DNA of 52,624 nucleotides, taken from positions 122,516,228-122,568,851 of the forward strand of contig NC_068984.1 of the NCBI RefSeq assembly GCF_001194135.2, written 5' to 3'. The DNA is from Octopus bimaculoides (taxonomy: Eukaryota). Positions 25,331 to 37,824 of the stretch are shown piece by piece. Position 1 is the first letter of the stretch; each line of letters opens with the position of its first letter. The position numbers and the translations under genes are program-made. Below the pieces are notes generated by a model that saw only the letters and a program-made list of their open reading frames with translations, did not search any database and was not told the origin of the DNA.

Positions 25331-26649
25331 ATTTATTACCTTTTCTTAAAAACCTTTCCTTAAAATCCCGTTCTTTCAATTTTGTGTGTTTCGTCTTATG
25401 TTTAATTGTTTGTGACTTCTTTAATAAATTACATAAAGAAATCAAAACAGCATAGTTATATAATCTTTAAACCCAAACTTAAAACATGTTAGGGTTCTAA
25501 ATAATACACTGATGATTCTCATTGGTCATATATGTTGAGTTCTTTCAATCGATATAACATTGTATGGTTAGTCAAATGGAGGAACCGGCGTGGGTGTAGA
25601 TATGGAGTCGATGCCGGTGGTACCATAAATCGATGAGTCGGAAGTCTTGTGTACCGAATTCACAATCCTGAAAGAAGCAACGATTTCCGGCATTGTGATG
25701 TGGCGGTGAGTATCCTCATTCAGCATGTCGTTTACAGTGCCTCTGAGGGTCTGGCAGAGCCCATCCCTCGCAAACTATGTCACAAGCAGGTGATGTGAGG
25801 TCAACAACACGCCACTGTATGTTGACGAACCACTGTTCACTACATTAGTGATACTGAACCGCAAGTCGTTTCTAATCTGTGATACCGATGTACAGTTAGA
25901 TAGACTGGACAATTTGACGGTTTAGTTTCTTGACTAGAGACACATTTGCTGACCGCTGACACGATATGAATCTTCGAGCTCTTGCAAGCGAACACAACTT
26001 TACATTCTCAAAAGACAATACTGCATACATTTCAGGAACACGGAGGCGTAATGGGTGGTGCAAAAGAAACAAAACTGTTGAACCCTAATGATAAGGTTAT
26101 ACATTTGGGTGAAAAGAACCATTTAAACAACATCACTAGCGTTATTTTATTGTCCTCGAAAGGTAAAGTCGACCTCGACAGGATATTAAATCGGGTGGCA
26201 AAGAAACGTGTCTAACTACATATCTCAAATCTCAAGCCATTTAATCTTGTGGTCTATCGATTGCTTTACTCTATCACTTCGAATAATAGAATAAATCGAT
26301 CTGTTCTCAATTGGTACTTGTTTTATCGACCTTGCAAAGATGAAAGGCAAGCGTACTCAAAAGAATTTTAAAAGAATGTATCGGGGCATTGCAGAACATT
26401 TTATGTGTAACTCTAGCTAACCCCGTAAAGAAGGAGATAGACAAACAAGCAGATTATCTCTGGTGAAATAGCGAATAATTGAATGAGATAATTCAATGAG
26501 AATTATGTCATGTTTGAAAGGAAGACAGTGTGGAAGAGGGAGAAGAAAATCGAGAAAAGAGTAAGAATACGAGACAGAGTGAAAGTGGGAGTGAGAGAGA
26601 GAAAGGATGAAAGAGAGAGAAAGAGAGACAGAGTGAGAGAGAGAGAAAC

Positions 26650-26709
<60 letters not shown>

Positions 26710-28344
26710 ATGAAGAGTTACTTTCGGAGCGTAAGAAAGAAAAAACACAAACAATGGTTGATTTTAGATAAATCGTAACAGAGTAGACTTGTTCTACAGG
26801 AAATACAACTTTAAACCGATATCGGGGGAAACCCCCTTTACTTTGCAGCTAGTAGACATTGAAACGAATGTCTCGTATGATATCGAAAATAAGCCGACAG
26901 GCGAGGTCGTCTACTGAATTGTAAAACCATTCATTGTAAATAATGTAGAGATTATAATTTTAAGTCGCAGTTTATTTTAAGTTGTTGTTGACTAATATAT
27001 TTACCCTACTCTGCTGACTGTTTTGTTTCCTACTGTCACACTACGTTAGTAAGCATGTGTGTGTGTGTGTGTATTACGATCAGTGACGAGGTTAATAAAG
27101 GAGCAAGGCGAGTGACTGTTCCCCAGGAGCACATTTTTCAAAATTAGCGCCCTTTCAACAGCCTTTTTTTAAAACTCTTTAGTAACCCATATCAGTAGTC
27201 GTAAGCTTGATCATACATAATGATATTGTTACCGAAACATGAAATTAATGAATGTAGACTACAGTTGCGTATAACTAATGAAATATTTCGCGTAATACAA
27301 GAGAAATGAGTTTAAAATTATTGTTATACTTGGGACGGTCATATTTTGCTAATTAAACACACGCATTATATACTTGATTTTCATTTCAGCTCTATTATTA
27401 AAAAAAAATAATTTTAGCGTCTCTGTCTAAGCTCCTTCCTCACATGTCCTGTGACCTCTTCAACGACTCTCTATCCCACGTGTCGTCACAGCACTTTTGT
27501 GCTTGCTCCACCGACTGGAACTCTCGTCGTCGTAACCGACGGAGTGCCAGTATAAAACAATGTCCTCGGATCATCTCGAAACGAAGTGAATCGCTAGTCT
27601 GGGATTTATAAGCAAATAGCATGAAGTCTATTTGCTGATGTGTTACACCGCATGATATGCCGTCTTTCTTCAAGATCTGCCTTGAATCTCAATGCAGGCC
27701 TTTCTCCGTCCTTCTCCCTCTCCGTCTCTCTCTCCCCTCTCTATATCTCTCCATTCTCTGTCTCTCCCCGCTCCGTCTCTCTCCCCTCTCCGTCTCTCTC
27801 TCCCCCTCTCTCTCTCACACTTCTTTTGTTTTTGTGGGAGAACATATTTCTCTGTATGCATATGAAGAGAGAGAAAATGTTTGTTAAACGTGCTCAATTA
27901 ATAAATTGAAATATCTCTCTTCTTCTCGCTCCCTCTCTCTCTCACCCTCTCTCTCACCCTCTCTCTTCTTCCACCTCTTTCTCTCCCATTCTATCTGTAT
28001 GTGTATATTTCTGCACGCGCGTGAGCGTGTGCGTGTGTTTGACTCCAGTACCAAAAAGTACTGTCACGAAAAGAGATTGAATCAGTTGTGCCAAATCGTC
28101 TCATCTCGCTCCATATAATGCAAGATTAAGAAATTCCCACCAATACCTACGACACAAAAAAACAGAAACCATCAAATGACAACAAATTTAGGTTTTGCGA
28201 AACCCAAAACGAACGTTTGACCCTTCTGTGACCGACCATATTTCGGTTGAAATACACTGCTTTCGTTCCAAATAATTTTTTAAATAATGAAGAATTTAGC
28301 AAAACAATTATGTTATTATGAAACGTGTATTTGCAACATAAATT

Positions 28345-28545
28345 CTTTTACTTGTTTCAGCCACTGAAATGCGGCCATGCTGGGGCATCGCATTCGAAGG
28401 TTTAATCGAACCCCAGTATATATTGTATAAGTTTGGTATACTTATTGTATCAGTCTCTGAGGCTGAACCACTAAGTTACAGGGACGTAAACAAACCAATA
28501 GCGGTAGTTAATTTGTTGTGGGAAAACAAGGCAAACACAGACACA
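28345..28545 (-). mobile_element. 3' half of family CD SINE next to (CA)n
   Basis: cttgtttcagccactgaaatgcggccatgctgggg...gggacgtaaacaaacc. Confidence 0.8.
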
Positions 28546-28625
28546 CACACACATATGTGTATGTGTGTGTTCATATATATATACACACAACATGGAACAC
28601 ATACATATACACATATGTGTGTTTG

Positions 28626-28718
<93 letters not shown>

Positions 28719-28869
28719 CACACACAAAACACACACACATACAAACAAACAACCTATTGTAATTAAAAAATTATTTAAAATATGTTTTGCGCACTAAAAT
28801 TTGCTCGCGTTATATATCCGAGCTCTGAACTAAAAGCATTTTTGACAGACAGTGTATATTCTGTTATAT

Positions 28870-29036
28870 TGTATGTATGTATGTATGTATGTATGTATGT
28901 ATGTATGTATGTAGGTAGGTAGATAGGTAGGTAGGTAAGTAAGTAAGTAGGTAGGTAGGTAGGTAGGTAGGGATATACGCAACTATCTATCTATGTATTT
29001 GTGTGTGTGAATATATATATATATACAGATATATAT

Positions 29037-29086
<50 letters not shown>

Positions 29087-29290
29087 GAAGATTAGATGTA
29101 AAGAAAAACTTGTTACTTGTGTAAATAAATGTTGCGTATAACAAGATGAAAACAAAAAAAACCCCTCAAAAGCAAGAAATTTTACTAAAGAAAAACTAAA
29201 ACTGAAAAAGCAACAGCAGCAGCAACAACAAAAACAACAACAACTACTACTACTACTACTACCACTACACCAAATCCTACTACCACCACC
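28870..29290. repeat. Compound tetra- and trinucleotide microsatellites (TATG, TAGG, GAAA, CAG/CAA/TAC)
   Basis: Directly visible. Confidence 0.9.
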
Positions 29291-29637
29291 AAATCCTACT
29301 ACCACTACTATTAAAACGCCCGGAACGACTGAAGCAATCTTAGGTATTTAAACGACTGGAGCAAGCATCAAACATAACAATAATCCCGTCAATAGACGTT
29401 TCTAGAAGAACAATACTGCGCAAGAAGACCAGGTCACGTGATGTCTGAGAGGTAGAATTGCTGGCGTTCATCTAGATATGTTTCTTCAATCAATAAGCTT
29501 ATTCGCCAGATGTTTCTCTGCCAACTTATCGATTTGTGAACATACTTTTAAGCAACTATTCTTCTGAAGGTAATAACACGCATATACATGGATATGCATA
29601 CATTTATACATACATACAAATTTATATATATATATAT

Positions 29638-29702
<65 letters not shown>

Positions 29703-30279
29703 NNNNNNNNNNNNNNNNNNNNNNNNNNNNNNNNNNNNNNNNNNNNNNNNNNNNNNNNNNNNNNNNNNNNNNNNNNNNNNNNNNNNNNNNNNNNNNNNNN
29801 NNNNNNNNNNNNNNNNNNNNNNNNNNNNNNNNNNNNNNNNNNNNNNNNNNNNNNNNNNNNNNNNNNNNNNNNNNNNNNNNNNNNNNNNNNNNNNNNNNNN
29901 NNNNNNNNNNNNNNNNNNNNNNNNNNTATATATATATATATATATATATATAAATATGCATGTACGTAGAATTTGTACAATAGTTCTTGCATAGGTATTG
30001 GTGAATCGCGGGAAACAAGACAAGTGTGATAATCTTCACATCAATATGGCGTCTTTAAAATTTATATTCTACATATGTCTTTGAGTGTGTGCCTATCTGT
30101 CTGCATGTTCTTCAATCATTAACATGTTGGATATGTGTGTATGCGAGGATGTACCTGTGTCTCTGTGTGTATGCATATGCAAATACCTCAGTGTACATCC
30201 GTTCGTATACATATAGACACACATATAAATATGCACATATATACTTACATACATACGAATGCACGTGTGTGCGCGCGTG

Positions 30280-30311
<32 letters not shown>

Positions 30312-30537
30312 ATGTGTTAGATGTATTGCATATGAAGATACAAGTGTCTTCTAGTTTTTCTCTTTATAATCAATATTTTTTTTTATGTATCTACGTATGA
30401 GTTCTTGCAGTTTGTTTCGAACAGTAAAGTCGCTAAATACATCAGCTGTTTATCGAATAATAATATTAATAATAAAAAAAAAAAATTAAAAAAAAAATAA
30501 TAATAATNNNNNNNNNNTAATAATAATAATAATAGTA

Positions 30538-30574
<37 letters not shown>

Positions 30575-30744
30575 CTTTTATTTGCTACCATGACGAAGGA
30601 AGACAATACAAAGACAGACATAAAGTGTGGGTGTTTACATATAATGAAATGATTTTTAAAAAAACGTATACACGGTATACATTAAAAAGAGGAAAGTATG
30701 CAAAGTATGCATGGAGCCTACACACGTTCACCTTCTAGAAATCG

Positions 30745-31775
30745 CTGCATGGAGCGCAACCCGAGTGCGTGTTTACGCATCAAAAGCCATGCAGAGGGAG
30801 CTGGCAGCAGACTGACTGCCTGACTGTTGGAACGCATCCCTTTCGCAAGAAAATAAACAAGAGATGCTCCAGCCTGATCAAGCAATAACTGGGGCAAGGC
30901 ACGACGGTCGGACGATAAATGATGACGGAGGTGATATAGGCATTTTCTACCTCTGCCCGACCTTTCAAGGGCAACTTCCTCTCCTCCTATTTCTGGGTAA
31001 GACTAGCCACCCTGTTCGTCACCTCACCCCAGTTCTTATCAACCTGGAGACCGGGACCGAACCAGACCCTGATCAGTTTAACTGGTCTTTCAGTTCAACG
31101 TCTGATGGCCACAAACTACCTCTCCAGGTGCCCACTTGCAAGCCCCCTGACTTGTCGGCGTTGATTTTGGCCCCTGCAACCGACTCATATTCCTTTACAA
31201 TGGATCCAACCGTCTCCACATCAGAGGTGTCCGACACCATGGCGGTGGCATTGTCCTCGTATGCCGACATTGCCCTGCCGTATCTCAGTTTGAAAGGGAT
31301 GCCCTTCAATTGTTCCAACTTCGGCAGCAGTGACTTGAGAGCCAACATATACAGAAGAGATGACAGTGTGAAGCGCTGACGGACCGAGCCTCGATGTTAA
31401 ACGGTTCCGATAGATGGCCGTTTACTTTGATCACCGAAATCGGCCGCTTTAAAGACGGTTTCCTATGCTTTCGATTGATCCCAATTGATCAGGGCCCCAC
31501 CGAAGCCAGCTTTAGTCCCAGCTCTCTCTGTGATGTATCGCATAAGATGGAGGTTGTCGTGGATAGACCTGTTCGAGGAAGTACGTTTAGCTTCCCCGAC
31601 CAGACTACTAACGACAAGCGACAACCCTTTCGCTAATACATTGGCCAAAATATTAACTCTGTGTTTAGCAGAGTTAAAGGCCGAAAATTCTCTAGCATGT
31701 CCCCATTGTCGGCGTCCTTCCTCAGCATTTGCTCCACACCTCGATTAACAGCACTAGGAGCACTAGGCTTTTGTT
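30745..31775 (-). mobile_element. Tx1/L1-clade LINE reverse transcriptase remnant
   Basis: NFRPLTLLNTEL, IHDNLHLMRY, DQSKA, VNGHLSEPF..SVRQ..LSSLLYVLAL, SAYEDN (degenerate YADD), GAKINADKS and LKGRAEV in order, with frameshifts and an internal deletion. Confidence 0.88.
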
Positions 31776-32692
31776 GTGTGGGGGATGTGAAGGGATATGC
31801 CTACAAGGCTGGTTTCAGTCATACGCCTATCTGTTTCTGAAAGAATACGGGTGAATCGTATTTTCTACCAGGGATAAATGGCATAAAACTAGTGAAACTT
31901 CGACCAGTCCACTGACTTGAGTTGTCAATGGTGCGAGGGGTGAGGATGTTTTGTGGAATGTGGTTGCGTGTTGCACAGCTGTGACGAAACAGTTGTCGAT
32001 AACCCTTTAGGTTCAGAGATTGTTACGGTTAAGTTTATGTGTGTGTATGTATANNNNNNNNNNNNNNNNNNNNNNNNNNNNNNNNNNNNNNNNNNNNNNN
32101 NNNNNNNNNNNNNNNNNNNNNNNNNNNNNNNNNNNNNNNNNNNNNNNNNNNNNNNNNNNNNNNNNNNNNNNNNNNNNNNNNNNNNNNNNNNNNNNNNNNN
32201 NNNNNNNNNNNNNNNNNNNNNNNNNNNNNNNNNNNNNNNNNNNNNNNNNNNNNNNNNNNNNNNNNNNNNNNNNNNNNNNNNNNNNNNNNNNNNNNNNNNN
32301 NNNNNNNNNNNNNNNNNNNNNNNNNNNNNNNNNNNNNNNNNNNNNNNNNNNNNNNNNNNNNNNNNNNNNNNNNNNNNNNNNNNNNNNNNNNNNNNNNNNN
32401 NNNNNNNNNNNNNNNNNNNNNNNNNNNNNNNNNNNNNNNNNNNNNNNNNNNNNNNNNNNNNNNNNNNNNNNNNNNNNNNNNNNNNNNNNNNNNNNNNNNN
32501 NNNNNNNNNNNNNNNNNNNNNNNNNNNNNNNNNNNNNNNNNNNNNNNNNNNNNNNNNNNNNNNNNNNNNNNNNNNNNNNNNNNNNNNNNNNNNNNNNNNN
32601 NNNNNNNNNNNNNNNNNNNNNNNNNNNNNNNNNNNNNNNNNNNNNNNNNNNNNNNNNNNNNNNNNNNNNNNNNNNNNNNNNNNNNNNNNNNN

Positions 32693-32733
<41 letters not shown>

Positions 32734-33373
32734 AGAAAGAGAGAAAGAGAGAGAGAGACCTTAGAAAATTCTATATATTGCTTCATAAATCGTTGATTAT
32801 ACCTAGGACATTTTTAGAAAGCAGGTATAGCTTACTACATACAATGTACGATGCTAATGGTATATTTTGCAGCTGTATTACTGCAAAATATAGCAGAATC
32901 AAACTGGCAATGTTGTCAGAAAAAATGCCTTGCAATAGTTTACTCGTTTCTTACGTTCTGAATTCAAATATCGCGGAGATCAGGTTAGCCTTATATATTT
33001 GCAGGATCGATAAAGAATAGGAGCAGATAAGTACAGTTGTTGATATAATTGAGTAACCAACACCTCCTCCAAATTTCATAAGCTGTGCCTATATCATAAA
33101 AGTATTTTGTTATTACTCTTCATGTTCTAGGTCTAAATCACAATGAAAACAATTTGCCTTTTATTCTGTGATCGATATATATTCATATACTGCATTCAAG
33201 ATGTGAATGGAATTACAATAGCAGACAAGACATTAAATATGTTCAGTGCTGTAAAGAACAGATGGGAAAGTATAAAAGTTTCAAACAGTTTTCATAAATT
33301 TAATCAATCGTTAGAGTGTTAAAGGGCCTAAAGAATATCTTGCGGTACTTGTTCTGGTTCCCATGCCTACACA

Positions 33374-33417
<44 letters not shown>

Positions 33418-33811
33418 NNNNNNNNNNNNNNNNNNNNNNNNNNNNNNNNNNNNNNNNNNNNNNNNNNNNNNNNNNNNNNNNNNNNNNNNNNNNNNNNNNN
33501 NNNNNNNNNNNNNNNNNNNNNNNNNNNNNNNNNNNNNNNNNNNNNNNNNNNNNNNNNNNNNNNNNNNNNNNNNNNNNNNNNNNNNNNNNNNNNNNNNNNN
33601 NNNNNNNNNNNNNNNNNNNNNNNNNNNNNNNNNNNNNNNNNNNNNNNNNNNNNNNNNNNNNNNNNNNNNNNNNNNNNNNNNNNNATATACGTATAAATTA
33701 CGTATAAATTGTACAAAAAATCTATAGACAAAGACAGGCGTGGGAGCAGCAAATAACGCCCAGGAAAAATGAGTCTTTTATGTCTCGAGCCAACGCTCTT
33801 CTGCAAAAAGT

Positions 33812-33856
<45 letters not shown>

Positions 33857-35573
33857 GGAAATGACACTTGAAAGATCAAACAACATACATTAGATTTAAC
33901 AGACGTATTCTTTACATCCTTTCCTCGGAGACAGGTCAATGTATCTAGAGGGTATGTATAGATAAAATTACTTATAAATACCTCACCTTTATCATCAGGA
34001 AATAAAGTGAACATTGTGCATTTATTACGATTATTATTTTCTTATTGCTACCAACCGAGGTAATCTTTGCTTTGCATTTTTCCAGAGTCGAAAAAAAATA
34101 TAGAATCAATCAAGTACTCGGGTTAACTTAATCGACTCTTCCCTCCGTCAAAAATTTCTGGTCCTGTGTCTGTATAACTCATCATCATTGTTAATTCGAA
34201 GACTAAAGATGAATCAATATCATATTTTATTTCGATATTCTAAATATGGTATGTGTTTGTGTGTGTGTGTTGTCTGCACGCGCGCGTGCGTGGCTGAGAG
34301 ATTATTGCCGTCACAAACTGTTTAACGGTGTCTGCTTTTAGTTATTGCAGTTTGACTCCGAACTCAAGTGTGTACGTTAAAATCAATAACAGGTACAGTG
34401 CATATTTGCAATGGTGGTGGTGGTGGTGGTAGTGGTGGGGAATATGAGGCAATGTTATGCTGTGGTGGTGGGGGGTAAGTAATGGGGAGATAGGATACGG
34501 AAATGAAATATATTTTCCCGCACCAAAGCATCCTTTTCTAGACTGACTAACAAATAATAAAGATGCAACATATACATATAGAAATGCGTATATAAATTAT
34601 TAATGATATCTACGTTTCGAATGGCCTACAGACTGTTTCTGTTCGCGTGTGTCTGTGATCGTGCGTGAATTTATACGTGTCTGTGTGTCCGTGTATATAC
34701 CAACATATATATATATATATATATATANNNNNNNNNNNNNNNNNNNNNNNNNNNNNNNNNNNNNNNNNNNNNNNNNNNNNNNNNNNNNNNNNNNNNNNNN
34801 NNNNNNNNNNNNNNNNNNNNNNNNNNNNNNNNNNNNNNNNNNNNNNNNNNNNNNNNNNNNNNNNNNNNNNNNNNNNNNNNNNNNNNNNNNNNNNNNNNNN
34901 NNNNNNNNNNNNNNNNNNNNNNNNNNNNNNNNNNNNNNNNNNNNNNNNNNNNNNNNNNNNNNNNNNNNNNNNNNNNNNNNNNNNNNNNNNNNNNNNNNNN
35001 NNNNNNNNNNNNNNNNNNNNNNNNNNNNNNNNNNNNNNNNNNNNNNNNNNNNNNNNNNNNNNNNNNNNNNNNNNNNNNNNNNNNNNNNNNNNNNNNNNNN
35101 NNNNNNNNNNNNNNNNNNNNNNNNNNNNNNNNNNNNNNNNNNNNNNNNNNNNNNNNNNNNNNNNNNNNNNNNNNNNNNNNNNNNNNNNNNNNNNNNNNNN
35201 NNNNNNNNNNNNNNNNNNNNNNNNNNNNNNNNNNNNNNNNNNNNNNNNNNNNNNNNNNNNNNNNNNNNNNNNNNNNNNNNNNNNNNNNNNNNNNNNNNNN
35301 NNNNNNNNNNNNNNNNNNNNNNNNNNNNNNNNNNNNNNNNNNNNNNNNNNNNNNNNNNNNNNNNNNNNNNNNNNNNNNNNNNNNNNNNNNNNNNNNNNNN
35401 NNNNNNNNNNNNNNNNNNNNNNNNNNNNNNNNNNNNNNNNNNNNNNNNNNNNNNNNNNNNNNNNNNNNNNNNNNNNNNNNNNNNNNNNNNNNNNNNNNNN
35501 NNNNNNNNNNNNNNNNNNNNNNNNNNNNNNNNNNNNNNNNNNNNNNNNNNNNNNNNNNNNNNNNNNNNNNNNN

Positions 35574-35611
<38 letters not shown>

Positions 35612-35719
35612 TAAATCTCAGGGTAGCAAAAAATTTAGAAATTTTATTTGCTACCAGTGGTCTAGCGAGAAGGAAAGAAAACTAGTCAATAGAGTATATA
35701 TTGTTCACATAAATACATA

Positions 35720-36066
35720 CAGTGTACATTTAAACACATGAGAGAGATGTCCACAATAGGACATCTAAACCGCTAGAAGGAGCAGTCAAACTCCAAACCA
35801 CAATTAGGGATAATTTCGAAAGGAAATGAAAAATAAAAACATTTACCATCTATTTCCTGAACCAAGGTTTCAAGCTATTTTTAGCAAAATAAAATAATTT
35901 GCAAGGCTAGCTATCATCAGCAGGAAAGCCAAGATTAACACATTAATACATATTTTTCATTTCCTTTCGAAATTATCCCTAATTGTGGTTTGGAGCTTGA
36001 CTGCTACTTCTAGCGGGTTAGATGTCCTATTATGGACATCTCTCTTATGTGTTTAAATGTAAACTG
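35720..36066. mobile_element. TA-flanked foldback/MITE-like element with TIRs of about 116 bp
   Basis: 35713-35835 vs the reverse complement of 35951-36073 shows 6 mismatches in 123 bp; termini TA|CAGT...ACTG|TA. Confidence 0.9.
35853..35927 (-). ncRNA. Type I hammerhead ribozyme candidate
   Basis: Minus strand reads UUUCCUG-CUGAUGA-stem II-GAA-ACC UU GGU-U-CAGGAAA: 7-bp stem I, all core nucleotides present, GUU cleavage triplet. Confidence 0.7.
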
Positions 36067-36163
36067 TATGTATATATATATATATATATAGTTATAGCAT
36101 AGCTAATTAGTCAATCAACAAAAGTTACAGTATATTACGGCATTATTTTTCAGTCTATCTAAC

Positions 36164-36291
36164 GCGGCGAGCTGGCAGACACGTTAGCACGCCAGACAAA
36201 ATACTTAGTGGCATTTCGTGTGTCTTTATTTTCTGTGTTCAATATCCGCCGAGCTCGACTTTGCCTTTGACCCTTTACGTGTCGATAAAAT
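36164..36291 (+). mobile_element. Family B SINE 5' part running into a gap
   Basis: gcggcgagctggcagacacgttagcacgcc... Confidence 0.8.
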
Positions 36292-36854
36292 NNNNNNNNN
36301 NNNNNNNNNNNNNNNNNNNNNNNNNNNNNNNNNNNNNNNNNNNNNNNNNNNNNNNNNNNNNNNNNNNNNNNNNNNNNNNNNNNNNNNNNNNNNNNNNNNN
36401 NNNNNNNNNNNNNNNNNNNNNNNNNNNNNNNNNNNNNNNNNNNNNNNNNNNNNNNNNNNNNNNNNNNNNNNNNNNNNNNNNNNNNNNNNNNNNNNNNNNN
36501 NNNNNNNNNNNNNNNNNNNNNNNNNNNNNNNNNNNNNNNNNNNNNNNNNNNNNNNNNNNNNNNNNNNNNNNNNNNNNNNNNNNNNNNNNNNNNNNNNNNN
36601 NNNNNNNNNNNNNNNNNNNNNNNNNNNNNNNNNNNNNNNNNNNNNNNNNNNNNNNNNNNNNNNNNNNNNNNNNNNNNNNNNNNNNNNNNNNNNNNNNNNN
36701 NNNNNNNNNNNNNNNNNNNNNNNNNAAAGGACTCATTAGATCTTTTAATATCCGGACTAGATCCAAAACTTGGATTTTTTAGGGGCAGCACCAAACAAAG
36801 TTAAACACAAGTCAGTTAAAGAAAAAGTAATATTTGTAGAGGGAAGACTGTCGA

Positions 36855-37309
36855 AGGCCACCGGAAGGATGCTTGAGGGCTGCTGGAAAGATGCTTGAAA
36901 GCCATCAAAAGGATACTAGAGGGTCGCTAGAAGGATGCTTGAGGGCCGCCGGAAGGATGCTTGAGGGTCACCGGAAGATGCTTGAGGGCTATCGGAAGGA
37001 TGCTTGAGGGCCGTCGAATGGATGCTTGAGGGTCACCGGAAGATGCTTGAGGGCTATCGGAAGGATGCTTGAGGGCCATCGAATGGATGCTTGAGGGCCA
37101 CTGGATAATATTTGAGGGTTGCCGGAAGGATGTTTGAGGGCCGCCTGAAGGATGCTTCATGGCCGCCTGAAAGATACTTGAGAGCCACCGAAAGAATGCT
37201 TGGGGGCCACCAGAAGATGCTTGAGGGATGTCGGAAGGATGCTTGAAGGTCACCGGAAGGATACGTGAGGGCCACATGCAGCCCTGGGAGCCGCAGTTTA
37301 AAACCATTG
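36855..37309 (+). repeat. Minisatellite with a unit of about 22 bp (ggaaggatgcttgagggccacc), ending in a hAT-like terminus
   Basis: About 19 diverged units, then gggccacatgcagccctgggagccgcagtttaaaaccattg. Confidence 0.85.
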
Positions 37310-37600
37310 CTTTAGATAGTGTAATTCAAGAGTCACTGCTAAGAGAGACACCTTCGGGGTCATTCTGCAACTGGAATGCTTTTTGATCGTGGCTTTGTTC
37401 TACCATGATTAACCAGGAAGCGATGGGGTGGGGGAACAAATATAATTTTCCATCAATGAAACAAACAGAATCGATATTATGCAATTTAGCACTAATGCAA
37501 TGTTAATCATTCAGTTACGTACATAACTAGGAAATCCAGCGCAATTGTGAACAGAGCAGGTTTCTAAATGTTATTGGCAATGTATATTTTGTGACGGTAT

Positions 37601-37603
<3 letters not shown>

Positions 37604-37656
<53 letters not shown>

Positions 37657-37824
37657 TGATGTTGTTGTTGTTGTTGCAGCAACGACAGCACGGGTAGCGG
37701 TAGCAGCAGCAACAGCAACAGTAATAGTAGTAGTAGTAGCAGCAGCAGCAGTAGTAGTAGTAGTGGTGGTGGTTGTGGTGGTGGTGGTGGTGGTGGCGGT
37801 GGTGATAGTAGTAGTAGTAGTAGT
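37604..37824 (+). repeat. (AGT)n/(GTT)/(AGC)/(GGT) compound microsatellite
   Basis: Directly visible. Confidence 0.95.

Noticed and set aside
25508-25560. CTGATGA at 25.5 kb
   Set aside because: No GAAA, stem III or stem I partner.
31910-32005. GAAAC-AGTT-GTC with an upstream CTGACTTGA
   Set aside because: The core box is the wrong length and there is no stem I pairing.
33920-34005. Minus-strand tttcCTGATGA with a possible stem II
   Set aside because: The GAAA box is broken (GATA) and stem I does not register with a cleavage triplet.
36927-37307. 126-aa minus-strand ORF
   Set aside because: It is a translation of the minisatellite.
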